A DNA stretch of 64,000 nt from Candidatus Latescibacterota bacterium (lineage in GTDB: Bacteria > Krumholzibacteriota > Krumholzibacteriia > WVZY01 > JAKEHA01), in the NCBI GenBank assembly GCA_963707635.1, contig OY970173.1, positions 960,001 through 1,024,000 of the forward strand. The letters are read 5' to 3'. Positions within the stretch are counted from its first letter, which is position 1; each line of letters starts with the position of its first letter. Made by a program: the position numbers and the translations under genes. The notes beneath the pieces were generated by a model. That model saw only the letters and a program-made list of their open reading frames with translations. It had not been told where the DNA came from and did not search any database. Shown here in pieces: positions 40,820 to 49,645 of this stretch.

Positions 40820-41283
40820 CCGACCTCGTGATCGAACCCCTCGATGAGCCGCACCTGCCACGCGTGCTCGAGATCGAACGCGAGCTGTTTCGCGCGCCGT
40901 GGTCGCTCGCCATGTTCCGCCAGGAAGTGGAGGAGAAGTGGCTGTCACGCTCGTTTGTGGCGATCTCCGAGCAGCAGGTCGTCGCGTACGTGATCGCGTG
41001 GTTTTTGCGCGGTGAGGTTCACATCCTGAACCTCGGCGTCACTCCGACGCACCAGCGGCGCGGCATCGCGCGCCGCCTGCTGCGCCACATCCTCGATTTT
41101 GCGGAAGAAACCAACAGTGCGTTGGTCACACTCGAGGTCCGGGTCAGCAACGAGGCGGCCAAGCGGCTCTACGCCTCGATGGGGTTCGCGTCGGTCGGGA
41201 TCCGGCGGCGCTACTACCGCGACAACGACGAGGACGCGCTGGTCATGACCCGCCGCCTCGGCCGCGACCGGGAGCGGGAATGA
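40816..41283 (+). CDS. rimI: Ribosomal-protein-alanine N-acetyltransferase
   Basis: PWS, HILNLGV, LEVRVSNEAA..LY..GF, RRRYY..EDALVM. Confidence 0.92.
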   Translation: MTDLVIEPLDEPHLPRVLEIERELFRAPWSLAMFRQEVEEKWLSRSFVAISEQQVVAYVIAWFLRGEVHILNLGVTPTHQRRGIARRLLRHILDFAEETNSALVTLEVRVSNEAAKRLYASMGFASVGIRRRYYRDNDEDALVMTRRLGRDRERE

Positions 41284-42029
41284 CGATGGGCGGCTCCTCG
41301 AAGCTGGCCGTCGTCGCCGGCAGCGGCATGGGGGCGCTCGCCGACGAGGTGGCGGTGGATCGGCGCGTGCCGTTTTCCGACATCGACGGGGTCGGCGCCT
41401 GCACGGTGGCCGGCCACGCGGGGGAGGTTCGCGAGGGAACGCTCGACGGCCGGCCGTGTGTGTGGGTGCTGGGCAGGCGGCACGGCTATGAGGGGCAGGC
41501 GGCAGCCATGCTGAAGCTGGTGGACTGGCTGGCGTCCCGGGGCGTCACCCACCTGCTCGTAACCTCCGCGGCGGGAGCGCTCCGTCCATCGCTGTTGCCG
41601 GGGGAGGTCGTGATCGCCCGTGACGTGATCGACCGGCAGAACCGCCGGTTGGCCCCGCGTCCGGACCCGCCGGACACCCGTTTGGCGCTCGACCCGGGGC
41701 TGGTCGCCGCGCTGGAACGAGCCGCCACGCGGGCGGGGGTCGCGTGGCACCGGGGCACGCTGGTGTGCGGCAGCGGACCGGCCTACGAGACGGCCGCCGA
41801 GGTCCGTTACCTCCAGGAGAGCGCCGGGGACGTGGCCACCATGTCGGCCGCGCCCGAGATGATGGCCGCCAACCGGATCGGGCTCCCCGTGGCCGTCGCC
41901 GCCCTCGTGACCAACCCCGGCACCGGCATCGCCCCGGCGGCCCTGTCGCACTCGGAGGTGCTCGATGTGGGACGGAAGTCCGTCGGGCAGGTGGGGGCTG
42001 TTGTCAGGCAACTGCTTGCAGAATTGTAA
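41280..42029 (+). CDS. Purine nucleoside phosphorylase (PNP/MTAP family)
   Basis: AGSGMG, GHAG, GRRHGYEG, GPAYETAAE, LVTN, LSHSEVL. Confidence 0.85.
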   Translation: MTMGGSSKLAVVAGSGMGALADEVAVDRRVPFSDIDGVGACTVAGHAGEVREGTLDGRPCVWVLGRRHGYEGQAAAMLKLVDWLASRGVTHLLVTSAAGALRPSLLPGEVVIARDVIDRQNRRLAPRPDPPDTRLALDPGLVAALERAATRAGVAWHRGTLVCGSGPAYETAAEVRYLQESAGDVATMSAAPEMMAANRIGLPVAVAALVTNPGTGIAPAALSHSEVLDVGRKSVGQVGAVVRQLLAEL

Positions 42030-42120
42030 CTTGAGTGGGAGCCGGCGCCTCGTGCCCGGAATGCTGTTGTGGCCCTCCGGTGGCACCGCTATAGTGGGAT
42101 CAATTCCCTGACGAAGGACG

Positions 42121-43035
42121 GTGCTCTCCGAATTGTCGTGGTTCAAACGGGAAAAGAAGGGCGTCCAGCCCATCCAGAAGAAGCCCGTTCCGGACGGTCT
42201 CTGGAAGAAGTGCGACATCTGCGGAGAGATCCTCTACGTCAAGGAGCTCGAGAAACGTCTGTGGACGTGCTCGAAGTGCGGCTACCACTTCATGATCTCG
42301 ACCCAGCAGTACATCGAGATCCTCGCCGACCCGGGTTCCTTTCGTGAAACGCACACCGGCCTCGTCTCGGGCGACCCGCTCGAGTTCAAGGACCTCAAGC
42401 GCTACAAGGATCGTATTCGCGAGTACCGCGAGAAGACCGGCATGGAAGACGCGATGGTCACCGGCTTCGCCTCCATGGGCGGCCGCGACGTCGTGCTCGG
42501 CATCATGGACTTCTCGTACATGGGGGGCAGCATGGGGTCGGTGGTGGGCGAGAAGTTCGCGCGCGCCGCGGACGACGCCATCCTGCGCCGGCGCCCGTTC
42601 ATCGTGGTGTCGCGCTCCGGCGGCGCCCGCATGCAGGAGTCGATCTACTCGCTCATGCAGATGGCGAAGACGAGTGCGATGCTCGCGCGCCTCGACGAAG
42701 CCGGCCTCCCGTACATTTCGATCATGACCAACCCGACCACGGGGGGTGTGACCGCGAGCTACGCCAGCCTCGGCGACGTGATCATCGCCGAGCCCAAGGC
42801 GCTGATCGGGTTCGCGGGACCGCGCGTCATCCAGCAGACGATCCGGCAGGATCTCCCGGAAGGCTTTCAGCGCAGCGAGTTCCTGCTCGAGCACGGTATG
42901 ATCGACATGATCGTGCCGCGCGACGAGCTGCGCCGCGTGATCGAGGGGCTCCTGGACTTCATGAGCGCGAGAACTGCGGCGTCCGTCACGGAACAGGAAG
43001 TGAAGGATGACTCGGAGTCGCCGGCCGTTTCCTGA
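42121..43035 (+). CDS. accD: Acetyl-CoA carboxylase carboxyltransferase beta subunit
   Basis: C4 zinc ribbon, GGSMGSVVGEK, SGGARMQE, GFAGPRVI, FLLEHG. Confidence 0.97.
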   Translation: MLSELSWFKREKKGVQPIQKKPVPDGLWKKCDICGEILYVKELEKRLWTCSKCGYHFMISTQQYIEILADPGSFRETHTGLVSGDPLEFKDLKRYKDRIREYREKTGMEDAMVTGFASMGGRDVVLGIMDFSYMGGSMGSVVGEKFARAADDAILRRRPFIVVSRSGGARMQESIYSLMQMAKTSAMLARLDEAGLPYISIMTNPTTGGVTASYASLGDVIIAEPKALIGFAGPRVIQQTIRQDLPEGFQRSEFLLEHGMIDMIVPRDELRRVIEGLLDFMSARTAASVTEQEVKDDSESPAVS

Positions 43036-44374
43036 TCCCTCCTCCCCGCTTCCGCCCCACCTCACATTCGTCCTCGGTCTCTCGCCTTCTGCGATGACGC
43101 TGGGGCTTGCCAACATGCGCGCCCTCATGGACCGCCTCGGCCACCCGGAGCGGCGGTTCCGGTCGGCGCTGGTGGCCGGCACCAACGGCAAGGGGTCGGT
43201 CACCGCGATGCTCGCCTCGATATTGAGCCGTCACGGCGTGCGCACCGGCCGCTACATTTCGCCGCACGTGTTCAGCGTGGTGGAACGCATCGCGATCGAC
43301 GGGGAGTTCGTGAGCGTGGCGGAGATGGAGGCGGCCGCGGCCCGCGTCGTCCCGCTCTACGGCGAGATTCCGTTCAGCTACTTCGAAGCCCTGACCGCGA
43401 TCGCGTTCCTGGTGTTCGCGCAGCGCGGCGTCGAGGTCGCGGTGCTCGAGGTGGGCCTCGGCGGCCGTTTCGACGCCACCAACGTGGTCGAGCCGGAGGT
43501 CAGCATCGTGACCAGTATATCGCTGGACCACCGCCGCATCCTCGGCGATACCGAGGAGGAAATCCTGCGCGAGAAGCTGGGGGTGGCGCGCGCCGGGATC
43601 CCGCTCCTGGTCGGGGCGCTCTCGCCGGAGCTGCGCGCGGTCGTCGACGAACGCGCCGCGCGCGCCGGGTTCGACGTGTTCGGCCCAGTGGAACTCGGCA
43701 ATGCAACAGTCGAGGAAGAGTTCCTGGGCGGCATTCAGGTTCGCCTCCGCACGCCGCACGCCGACTACGGCACCGCGCGCGTCCGTTTCGGGGGGCGCCA
43801 CCAGGCGGTCAACGCGCTGCTCGCGGTCGGCGCCGCGGAGCGGCTGCTGCCCTCGCTCGAGCGGGCGGTGGAGGGGCTGGAGGCCGCCGCCATCGCGGGG
43901 CGGTTCGAGTGTCTGGAACGGGGCGGCCGCACCTTCGTCCTCGACGTCGCGCACAACGACGCCGCCCTCGTGGCCACCGCGGACCACCTGGCCCGGTTTC
44001 GCCCGCGCGAGGAATGCGCGCTCGTGTTCGGGCTGCTCAAGCGCAAGGAGCTTTTCGAGGCGCCGCGCCACCTGATGGAGGCGGCTTCCTGCCTGTGTCT
44101 GGTCGAGCCCGACGCCGAGCCCGGAAGCAACGACGCGGCGTTCCCCCCGCACGAGTTGTGGGCCCGATACTTCGCTCCGCTCTTGCCCAATGCGGCGACG
44201 GACGTCATGCTGTGGAACCGCACGGCCTCCGGCGACGATTCGCTCGCGCGTGTGAAGCGCTGGCTGGACGGCGACGGCCGCCGGTTCAAGGTCGTGCTGG
44301 CGACCGGATCCCATCGCGTGGTCGAGGGCTTCGGGGGACGGATTCTGGCGGATGCAGTCGGGAGCGCACGGTGA
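43007..44374 (+). CDS. folC: Folylpolyglutamate synthase / dihydrofolate synthase (start uncertain)
   Basis: VAGTNGKGS, SPH, EVGLGGRFDATN, LDVAHN; accD-folC synteny. Confidence 0.9.
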   Translation: MTRSRRPFPDPSSPLPPHLTFVLGLSPSAMTLGLANMRALMDRLGHPERRFRSALVAGTNGKGSVTAMLASILSRHGVRTGRYISPHVFSVVERIAIDGEFVSVAEMEAAAARVVPLYGEIPFSYFEALTAIAFLVFAQRGVEVAVLEVGLGGRFDATNVVEPEVSIVTSISLDHRRILGDTEEEILREKLGVARAGIPLLVGALSPELRAVVDERAARAGFDVFGPVELGNATVEEEFLGGIQVRLRTPHADYGTARVRFGGRHQAVNALLAVGAAERLLPSLERAVEGLEAAAIAGRFECLERGGRTFVLDVAHNDAALVATADHLARFRPREECALVFGLLKRKELFEAPRHLMEAASCLCLVEPDAEPGSNDAAFPPHELWARYFAPLLPNAATDVMLWNRTASGDDSLARVKRWLDGDGRRFKVVLATGSHRVVEGFGGRILADAVGSAR

Positions 44375-45318
44375 GCCTCTATCTGGGCGTCGACATCGGC
44401 GGGACCAACGTCAAGATCGCGGCGGTGTCCGCCACCGGGCGCGTGCTCGCGCGCGGCGTGATCGATACCCGCGCCGGGGAGGGTCCGGCGCGCACGTTCC
44501 GCCGCATCCACGACGCGGCCCGCCACCTGGCGGGGAAGGGCCGGGTCGGCGGGGTCGGCATCGGGTGCGCCGGCCTGCTCGATGCGCGGACGAAGCGCCT
44601 CCACGCCTCGCCGAATCTCCCCGAGTGGGAGGGCGCCGCCCTGGAGCGAATCGCGCGGGTGCACTTCGGTGTACCAATCCTGGTCGAGAACGACGCGACC
44701 TGCGCCGCCTTCGGCGAATCGTTCGCGCGGGGGCGGAACGGGCGCGACCTGGTCATGATCACGCTCGGCACCGGGGTGGGCGGCGGCATCATCAGCGACG
44801 GGCGGGTGGTGCGGGGGACATCGGGATTCGCGGGCGAGGTCGGCCACATGGTCGTCGATCCGAAAGGGCCCCGCTGCCGCTGCGGCGCCCGCGGGTGCCT
44901 CGAGGCGTACGCCAGCGCGTACGGGATCGCGCGCACCGCACGCAACGCCCTGCGCCGGCGGGGGAAGAAACGGCTCGCCGGGGGCGGGCGACTGGACGCC
45001 CGCGCCGTGTTCGAAGCCGCCCGCCGCGGCGACCCGGCGGCGCGGGAGACGGTGCGCGTGACGGGCGAGCACCTGGGTACGGCGATTGCGTCGCTGCTGA
45101 ATTTGCTCAACCCGTCGATGGTGGTGATCGGGGGCGGAATCGCGGCGTCGTTCGCCGCGCTCTCGCCGCACGTGCGCCGGGCCGTGGAGCGCAGCGCGTT
45201 TGCCGCCACCGTACGCGCGGCGAGGATCGAGCCGTCGCGGCTGGGCAACGACGCGGCGGTGGTCGGCGCCGCGATGCTCGTGCGCGGCGCGCGACCGCGA
45301 AGGCGCCCCGCTGGTTGA
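44371..45318 (+). CDS. ROK-family kinase (glucokinase-like)
   Basis: GVDIGGT, ENDA, TLGTGVGGG, GEVGH, CRCGARGCLE. Confidence 0.92.
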   Translation: MSLYLGVDIGGTNVKIAAVSATGRVLARGVIDTRAGEGPARTFRRIHDAARHLAGKGRVGGVGIGCAGLLDARTKRLHASPNLPEWEGAALERIARVHFGVPILVENDATCAAFGESFARGRNGRDLVMITLGTGVGGGIISDGRVVRGTSGFAGEVGHMVVDPKGPRCRCGARGCLEAYASAYGIARTARNALRRRGKKRLAGGGRLDARAVFEAARRGDPAARETVRVTGEHLGTAIASLLNLLNPSMVVIGGGIAASFAALSPHVRRAVERSAFAATVRAARIEPSRLGNDAAVVGAAMLVRGARPRRRPAG

Positions 45319-45336
45319 TTCTGCCCCGCTGACGGC

Positions 45337-48300
45337 ATGCCCATGTCCTCACCGCGACACCGGCCCCAGCGATTCGCCGCCGCGCTCGCGGTCTACCTCG
45401 TGCTGGCGGCCGGCGCGGGGGCGCGCTTCGGCGCCGCCCAGACCGGACCGGCCGAGCCGCCCGCGCCGGACTACTACGACATCACCGGCGATTTCACCTC
45501 GCTGAAGAAGATCAACGGCGAAACCGTCCTCGAGCTCCTGCAGAACGTGCGCATCGTGCACGGCGACGTGACCGTCAACGCCGACCGGGCGGTATCGTTC
45601 ACCGAGCGGCGTCTCACCCAGCTCACCGGGCACGTGCGGGTGCAGCAGGGCACATTCGTAATGACGGGGGAGGAAGGCGAATACCGCCGCGACGAGGACC
45701 TGGCCGTGCTCGAGCGCCGCGTGCACATCGTCGACGAGGGCTGGACGGTGGACTGTGACGAAGTGCGCTATTCGCGGCGCACCGGCCAGGCGTGGCTCAT
45801 CGGCCACGTGGTGGGGCGCGATTCCACCTCGACGCTCCGCGCCGACCGCGTGCTGTACGAGCGCACCATCGGACGCGCGGAGGCGTTCGGTTCCGTCGAG
45901 CTTTCCAACCGCGAGGAGCGCGTGGTCGTGCGCGGGCGCCACGGCGTCTACCGGCGCGACCGCGGCGAGGGGTTGATCGACCGCGACCCGACACTCGTCT
46001 CCGGCCCCGACGACGACGAGCCGGTCACGGTGGTGAGCGACACGATGCGGGTGTACCCGGACAGCTCGCGCGCGATCGCGTACTACCGGGTCAAGATCAT
46101 CAAGGGCAACACCGTCACCCAGTGCGATTCCGCGATGCTCTACGACGACCAGAAGCGGGTCGAGCTCTACGGGCATCCGCTCGCCCGCCAGGACCGCACC
46201 ACCATGAAGGGCGAGCGCATGATCGCCCACTACGACGAGAAGGAGATCAACCGGATCGACATCCTCGGCGCCGCCGTCATCCGGGACGAGCGCCGCGACT
46301 CGCTGGTGGTCGGGCGCGACAACTGGGTCGCGGGCGACACGATTTCACTCTATCTGCACGACAACGGCCTCGACTCGCTGCACGTCGCGGGCCACGCGTC
46401 GAGCGAGTACTACCCGTCGACCCCGAACAAGGTGGAGAGCAACTTCATCAGCGGGAACCGCATGTTCTTCCGGCTGGGGCGCGACGAAATCGAATTCGTG
46501 GACGTGTCGGGCAAGGCGGGTGGGACGTACCGGTACCTGAACCTGGGCGCGAACCAGACCGCGGACAGCCTGCGCGCGGTCGGGGATTCCACGCTCGCGT
46601 ACGTCCCCTTCGCCGGCCGCGCCGAGCGCGTGGAGTATTCGGCGGAGCGCATCCAGTACCACGCGCGCACCAGGGACCTGGTGCTGGAGAAGTCGGCCCG
46701 GCTCACCTATCACGACAACGAGCTCACCGGCGACGCCATCACCTACCACTCCGCGCTGCAGATCCTCGACGCCACCGGGAGTCCGACGCTCACCGACGCC
46801 GGCCAGAAACTCTACGGGAAGCGCATGGACTACGACCTCGAATCGGAGACCGGGCTGGTCACCTCCGGCAGCACGCAGTACGAGCAGGGGTACTACCACG
46901 GCGAGAACATGGCGAAGGTGGGGGAGAACGAGCTCAAGGTCTGGAATTCCTGGTACTCGACCTGCGACCTCAAGGAACCGCACTACCACTTCGCGGCGCG
47001 CACCATGAAGGTCTACCCGGACGACAAGGTGTTCAGCGGCCCCATCTGGCTCCACATCGGCAAGACGCCGATTTTCGCGCTGCCTTTCATGGCCAACTCC
47101 ATCAGCCACGGGAGGAGATCGGGGGTGCTGCGTCCGGACTTCGAATTCGGGATCACGAGCGACCGCTCGCGCTTCATCCGTAACGTGGGTTACTACTGGG
47201 CCACCAACGATTACACCGACTTCACGTTCGTGGCCGACTTCAACGAGGACAAGTCCTGGCGGCTGCACATCACCAACCAGTATAAGCTCCGTTACTTGTT
47301 CGACGGCGCCGTCCAGTATTCCTATTTCCGCGACCTCACCGATCAATCCACCGAGTGGACCTTCGACGGCGTGCATCGCCAGACACTGGGCGAGAAGGCG
47401 TCGCTCAACGCGGGTTTGCGCTTCGTGTCGAGCGACGACGCCCCGCAGAGTGTCAACACCATCGACGACGTGAACCGCTATATCGACCGCTCGATCCGCT
47501 CCAACGTGAGCCTTCGCAAGAGCTGGGACACGGCGGGCTTCAGCGCGTCCGCCAGCCGCACCCAGAACCTGAACATCGTCGACCCCGACGCGATCAAGGT
47601 TCAGATGACGCTGCCGGACGTGACCCTCTCGATCCCGTCGCGTAACCTCTACTTCGGTTCGGACTCCAGCGCCCCCAAGGGGCTTTGGGAAAGCATTCTC
47701 AAGAACACACGCTATTCACCCGCTCTGTCGGGCAGCCGCCAGAACACCGAGAAGCTCTACGAGGATTCGGAGGCGATCAACGGCCGCGCGGGGCTCTCGC
47801 TCAGCAGTCCGCAGCGGATCAAGTTCGTGACCCTGGCGCCGGGGCTCAACACGAGCCTGGTCTCGTCGCGATACGACCTGCAGCGCCGGGCGTACGACCG
47901 GATCGTAACCTCGGGGGGAGTGCCCGACACCGTGCCCGTCGCCGCGCTGGACTCCACCTCGACCATCACCCAGTTCACCTGGAACGTCGGCGTGTCCGCA
48001 AATAGCAACTTCTACGGCACCTTCTACCCGCGCATCGGCCGCTTGCGCGGCATCCGCCACACGCTCACGCCGAGTGTGGCCTATTCGCTGACCCCGGCGC
48101 AGCACGGTCGGCCGCGCGCCCAGGGGGTCGGTCTCAACCTGCGCAACGCCTTCGACCTGAAGGTGCTGGATACGTCGAAGGCGGCGCGGGAGGACACCAC
48201 CGATACCGAGGGGGAGAAGGTCCGCAAGCTCTCGAGCGTCCTGTTCTGGAACCTCTCCGCCTCCTACCGGCCCGACCTCCCGCTCGACCAGGCGTGGAGC

Positions 48301-48927
48301 ACCGTCAACTCCGCGGTCAACTTCGTGCTGATGGGCATGAACGTGTCGATCAACCACGTGATCGACCCCTACACCTGGGACATCAACAGCACCAGCGCGA
48401 CCTCGAGCCTGCGCATCGGCGGAACCCACCCGTTCGGGAGGGCGTCGCACGTGGACACGCGCGAGCTCAACCAGGTCGCGGCGGCCGATACCTCCCACGC
48501 GAAGCGGAAAGACTTCGCCTCCGGCGGCGTCGAGTTCATCCAGACCGGAGACGTCGCGGCCGACCGGCCCGCGGGCGACATCCAGCTCGAGGAGGGGCGT
48601 CTCCCGTGGAGCATGTCGCTGGGGTTGAGCTACTCGAAGTCGTCGTCGGGGCAGTCCAGCTCCACCCTGCGCATGGGCTGGCAGGTCAAGCTGACGGACA
48701 ACTGGCATATTGACTATTCGACGATCTACGACGTCGAGTCGCGCGAGCAGTCGGGCCAGTACTTCAGCATCGGGCGCGACCTGCACTGCTGGGAGATGAG
48801 CTTTTCCCGCCAACTGCTTGGCGACGAGTGGCAGTACTACTTCCGCATCTCGCTCAAGGCCCATTCCGACCTCTACGGCGAATCGGGCAGCCGCGGCGTC
48901 GGGGGCGGTCTTATCGGTCAATTCTAG
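45337..48927 (+). CDS. lptD: LptD-like LPS assembly protein with extended N-terminal OstA/LptA-like jellyroll
   Basis: Signal peptide; repeated OstA-like strands; YSTCDLKEPHY, RRSGVLRP, C-terminal RDLHCWEM barrel motif. Confidence 0.8.
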   Translation: MPMSSPRHRPQRFAAALAVYLVLAAGAGARFGAAQTGPAEPPAPDYYDITGDFTSLKKINGETVLELLQNVRIVHGDVTVNADRAVSFTERRLTQLTGHVRVQQGTFVMTGEEGEYRRDEDLAVLERRVHIVDEGWTVDCDEVRYSRRTGQAWLIGHVVGRDSTSTLRADRVLYERTIGRAEAFGSVELSNREERVVVRGRHGVYRRDRGEGLIDRDPTLVSGPDDDEPVTVVSDTMRVYPDSSRAIAYYRVKIIKGNTVTQCDSAMLYDDQKRVELYGHPLARQDRTTMKGERMIAHYDEKEINRIDILGAAVIRDERRDSLVVGRDNWVAGDTISLYLHDNGLDSLHVAGHASSEYYPSTPNKVESNFISGNRMFFRLGRDEIEFVDVSGKAGGTYRYLNLGANQTADSLRAVGDSTLAYVPFAGRAERVEYSAERIQYHARTRDLVLEKSARLTYHDNELTGDAITYHSALQILDATGSPTLTDAGQKLYGKRMDYDLESETGLVTSGSTQYEQGYYHGENMAKVGENELKVWNSWYSTCDLKEPHYHFAARTMKVYPDDKVFSGPIWLHIGKTPIFALPFMANSISHGRRSGVLRPDFEFGITSDRSRFIRNVGYYWATNDYTDFTFVADFNEDKSWRLHITNQYKLRYLFDGAVQYSYFRDLTDQSTEWTFDGVHRQTLGEKASLNAGLRFVSSDDAPQSVNTIDDVNRYIDRSIRSNVSLRKSWDTAGFSASASRTQNLNIVDPDAIKVQMTLPDVTLSIPSRNLYFGSDSSAPKGLWESILKNTRYSPALSGSRQNTEKLYEDSEAINGRAGLSLSSPQRIKFVTLAPGLNTSLVSSRYDLQRRAYDRIVTSGGVPDTVPVAALDSTSTITQFTWNVGVSANSNFYGTFYPRIGRLRGIRHTLTPSVAYSLTPAQHGRPRAQGVGLNLRNAFDLKVLDTSKAAREDTTDTEGEKVRKLSSVLFWNLSASYRPDLPLDQAWSTVNSAVNFVLMGMNVSINHVIDPYTWDINSTSATSSLRIGGTHPFGRASHVDTRELNQVAAADTSHAKRKDFASGGVEFIQTGDVAADRPAGDIQLEEGRLPWSMSLGLSYSKSSSGQSSSTLRMGWQVKLTDNWHIDYSTIYDVESREQSGQYFSIGRDLHCWEMSFSRQLLGDEWQYYFRISLKAHSDLYGESGSRGVGGGLIGQF

Positions 48928-49000
48928 GTCGGGGCGGGAGCGCCCCGGCGGATGTCCCCCGAAATCTCGCGTCGCCACGCCGAGAATGCTTGAATATGTA

Positions 49001-49030
49001 TTGACACGTTTTTTTTGAGGTCGATAAAGT
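49001..49030 (+). promoter_or_regulatory. Putative sigma70 promoter of HU
   Basis: TTGACA-18 nt-TAAAGT, followed by a strong AGGAGG RBS. Confidence 0.6.
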
Positions 49031-49058
49031 GCGCATGAGAGTGGGAAGGAGGTGAACA

Positions 49059-49352
49059 ATGAACAAGACTGAATTGATCGAGCGCATCGCGCAGAAGACC
49101 GGGCTCACGATGAAGGACGCCAAGAACGTCATCGACGTGATTTTCAGCACCCAGGCCAAGAGCGGCATCATCGCGGGCGAGCTCAAGTCGGGTCGCAAGG
49201 TACAGATCACCGGGTTCGGAACGTTCCAGGTCCGCAAGCGCAAGAAGCGGGAGGGACGGAATCCACAGACAGGTGCACCCATCGAGATTCCAGCGACCAA
49301 GTTCCCCGCGTTTTCCGCGGGCCGCGCCCTAAAGGACCGCGTCAAGGTGTAG
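49059..49352 (+). CDS. hup: HU DNA-binding protein
   Basis: MNKTELI, GFGTF, REGRNPQTG, PAFSAG. Confidence 0.96.
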   Translation: MNKTELIERIAQKTGLTMKDAKNVIDVIFSTQAKSGIIAGELKSGRKVQITGFGTFQVRKRKKREGRNPQTGAPIEIPATKFPAFSAGRALKDRVKV

Positions 49353-49374
49353 TACCCTGGCGTGGCTCTGTCGT

Positions 49375-49414
49375 CGGCAGGCGAAGCGTGCACCGCTTCG
49401 CCTGTCGCTTTTTT
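49375..49414 (+). terminator. Intrinsic terminator after hup
   Basis: CGGCAGGCGAAGCG-TGCAC-CGCTTCGCCTGTCG followed by CTTTTTT. Confidence 0.85.
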
Positions 49415-49421
49415 GTCCGCT

Positions 49422-49573
49422 ATGCGGGTCCTGTCGGCCAACAGCCCACGGCGGGCTCGCCATTCGCGCCTCCGCACTCGGTGGCTCGCCCTTGTGGGCG
49501 CCCGTTGGCCGCCACCCGCGTCGTTCCGGATCGGCGCCACCCGCTCGTGCTGCAGGGAATTCCGGGTCCTGCC
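49422..49573. repeat. Structured intergenic repeat family B, copy 2
   Basis: Colinear with 25571-25707; internal stems CGGCCAAC/GTTGGCCG and GCCCAC/GTGGGC. Confidence 0.6.
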
Positions 49574-49645
49574 ACCCGCTCCAGTACAACCGCGCGCCGG
49601 TCAACGCCTTGTGGCGTGGCGACGGCACGTGCTATATTCCTCGAC

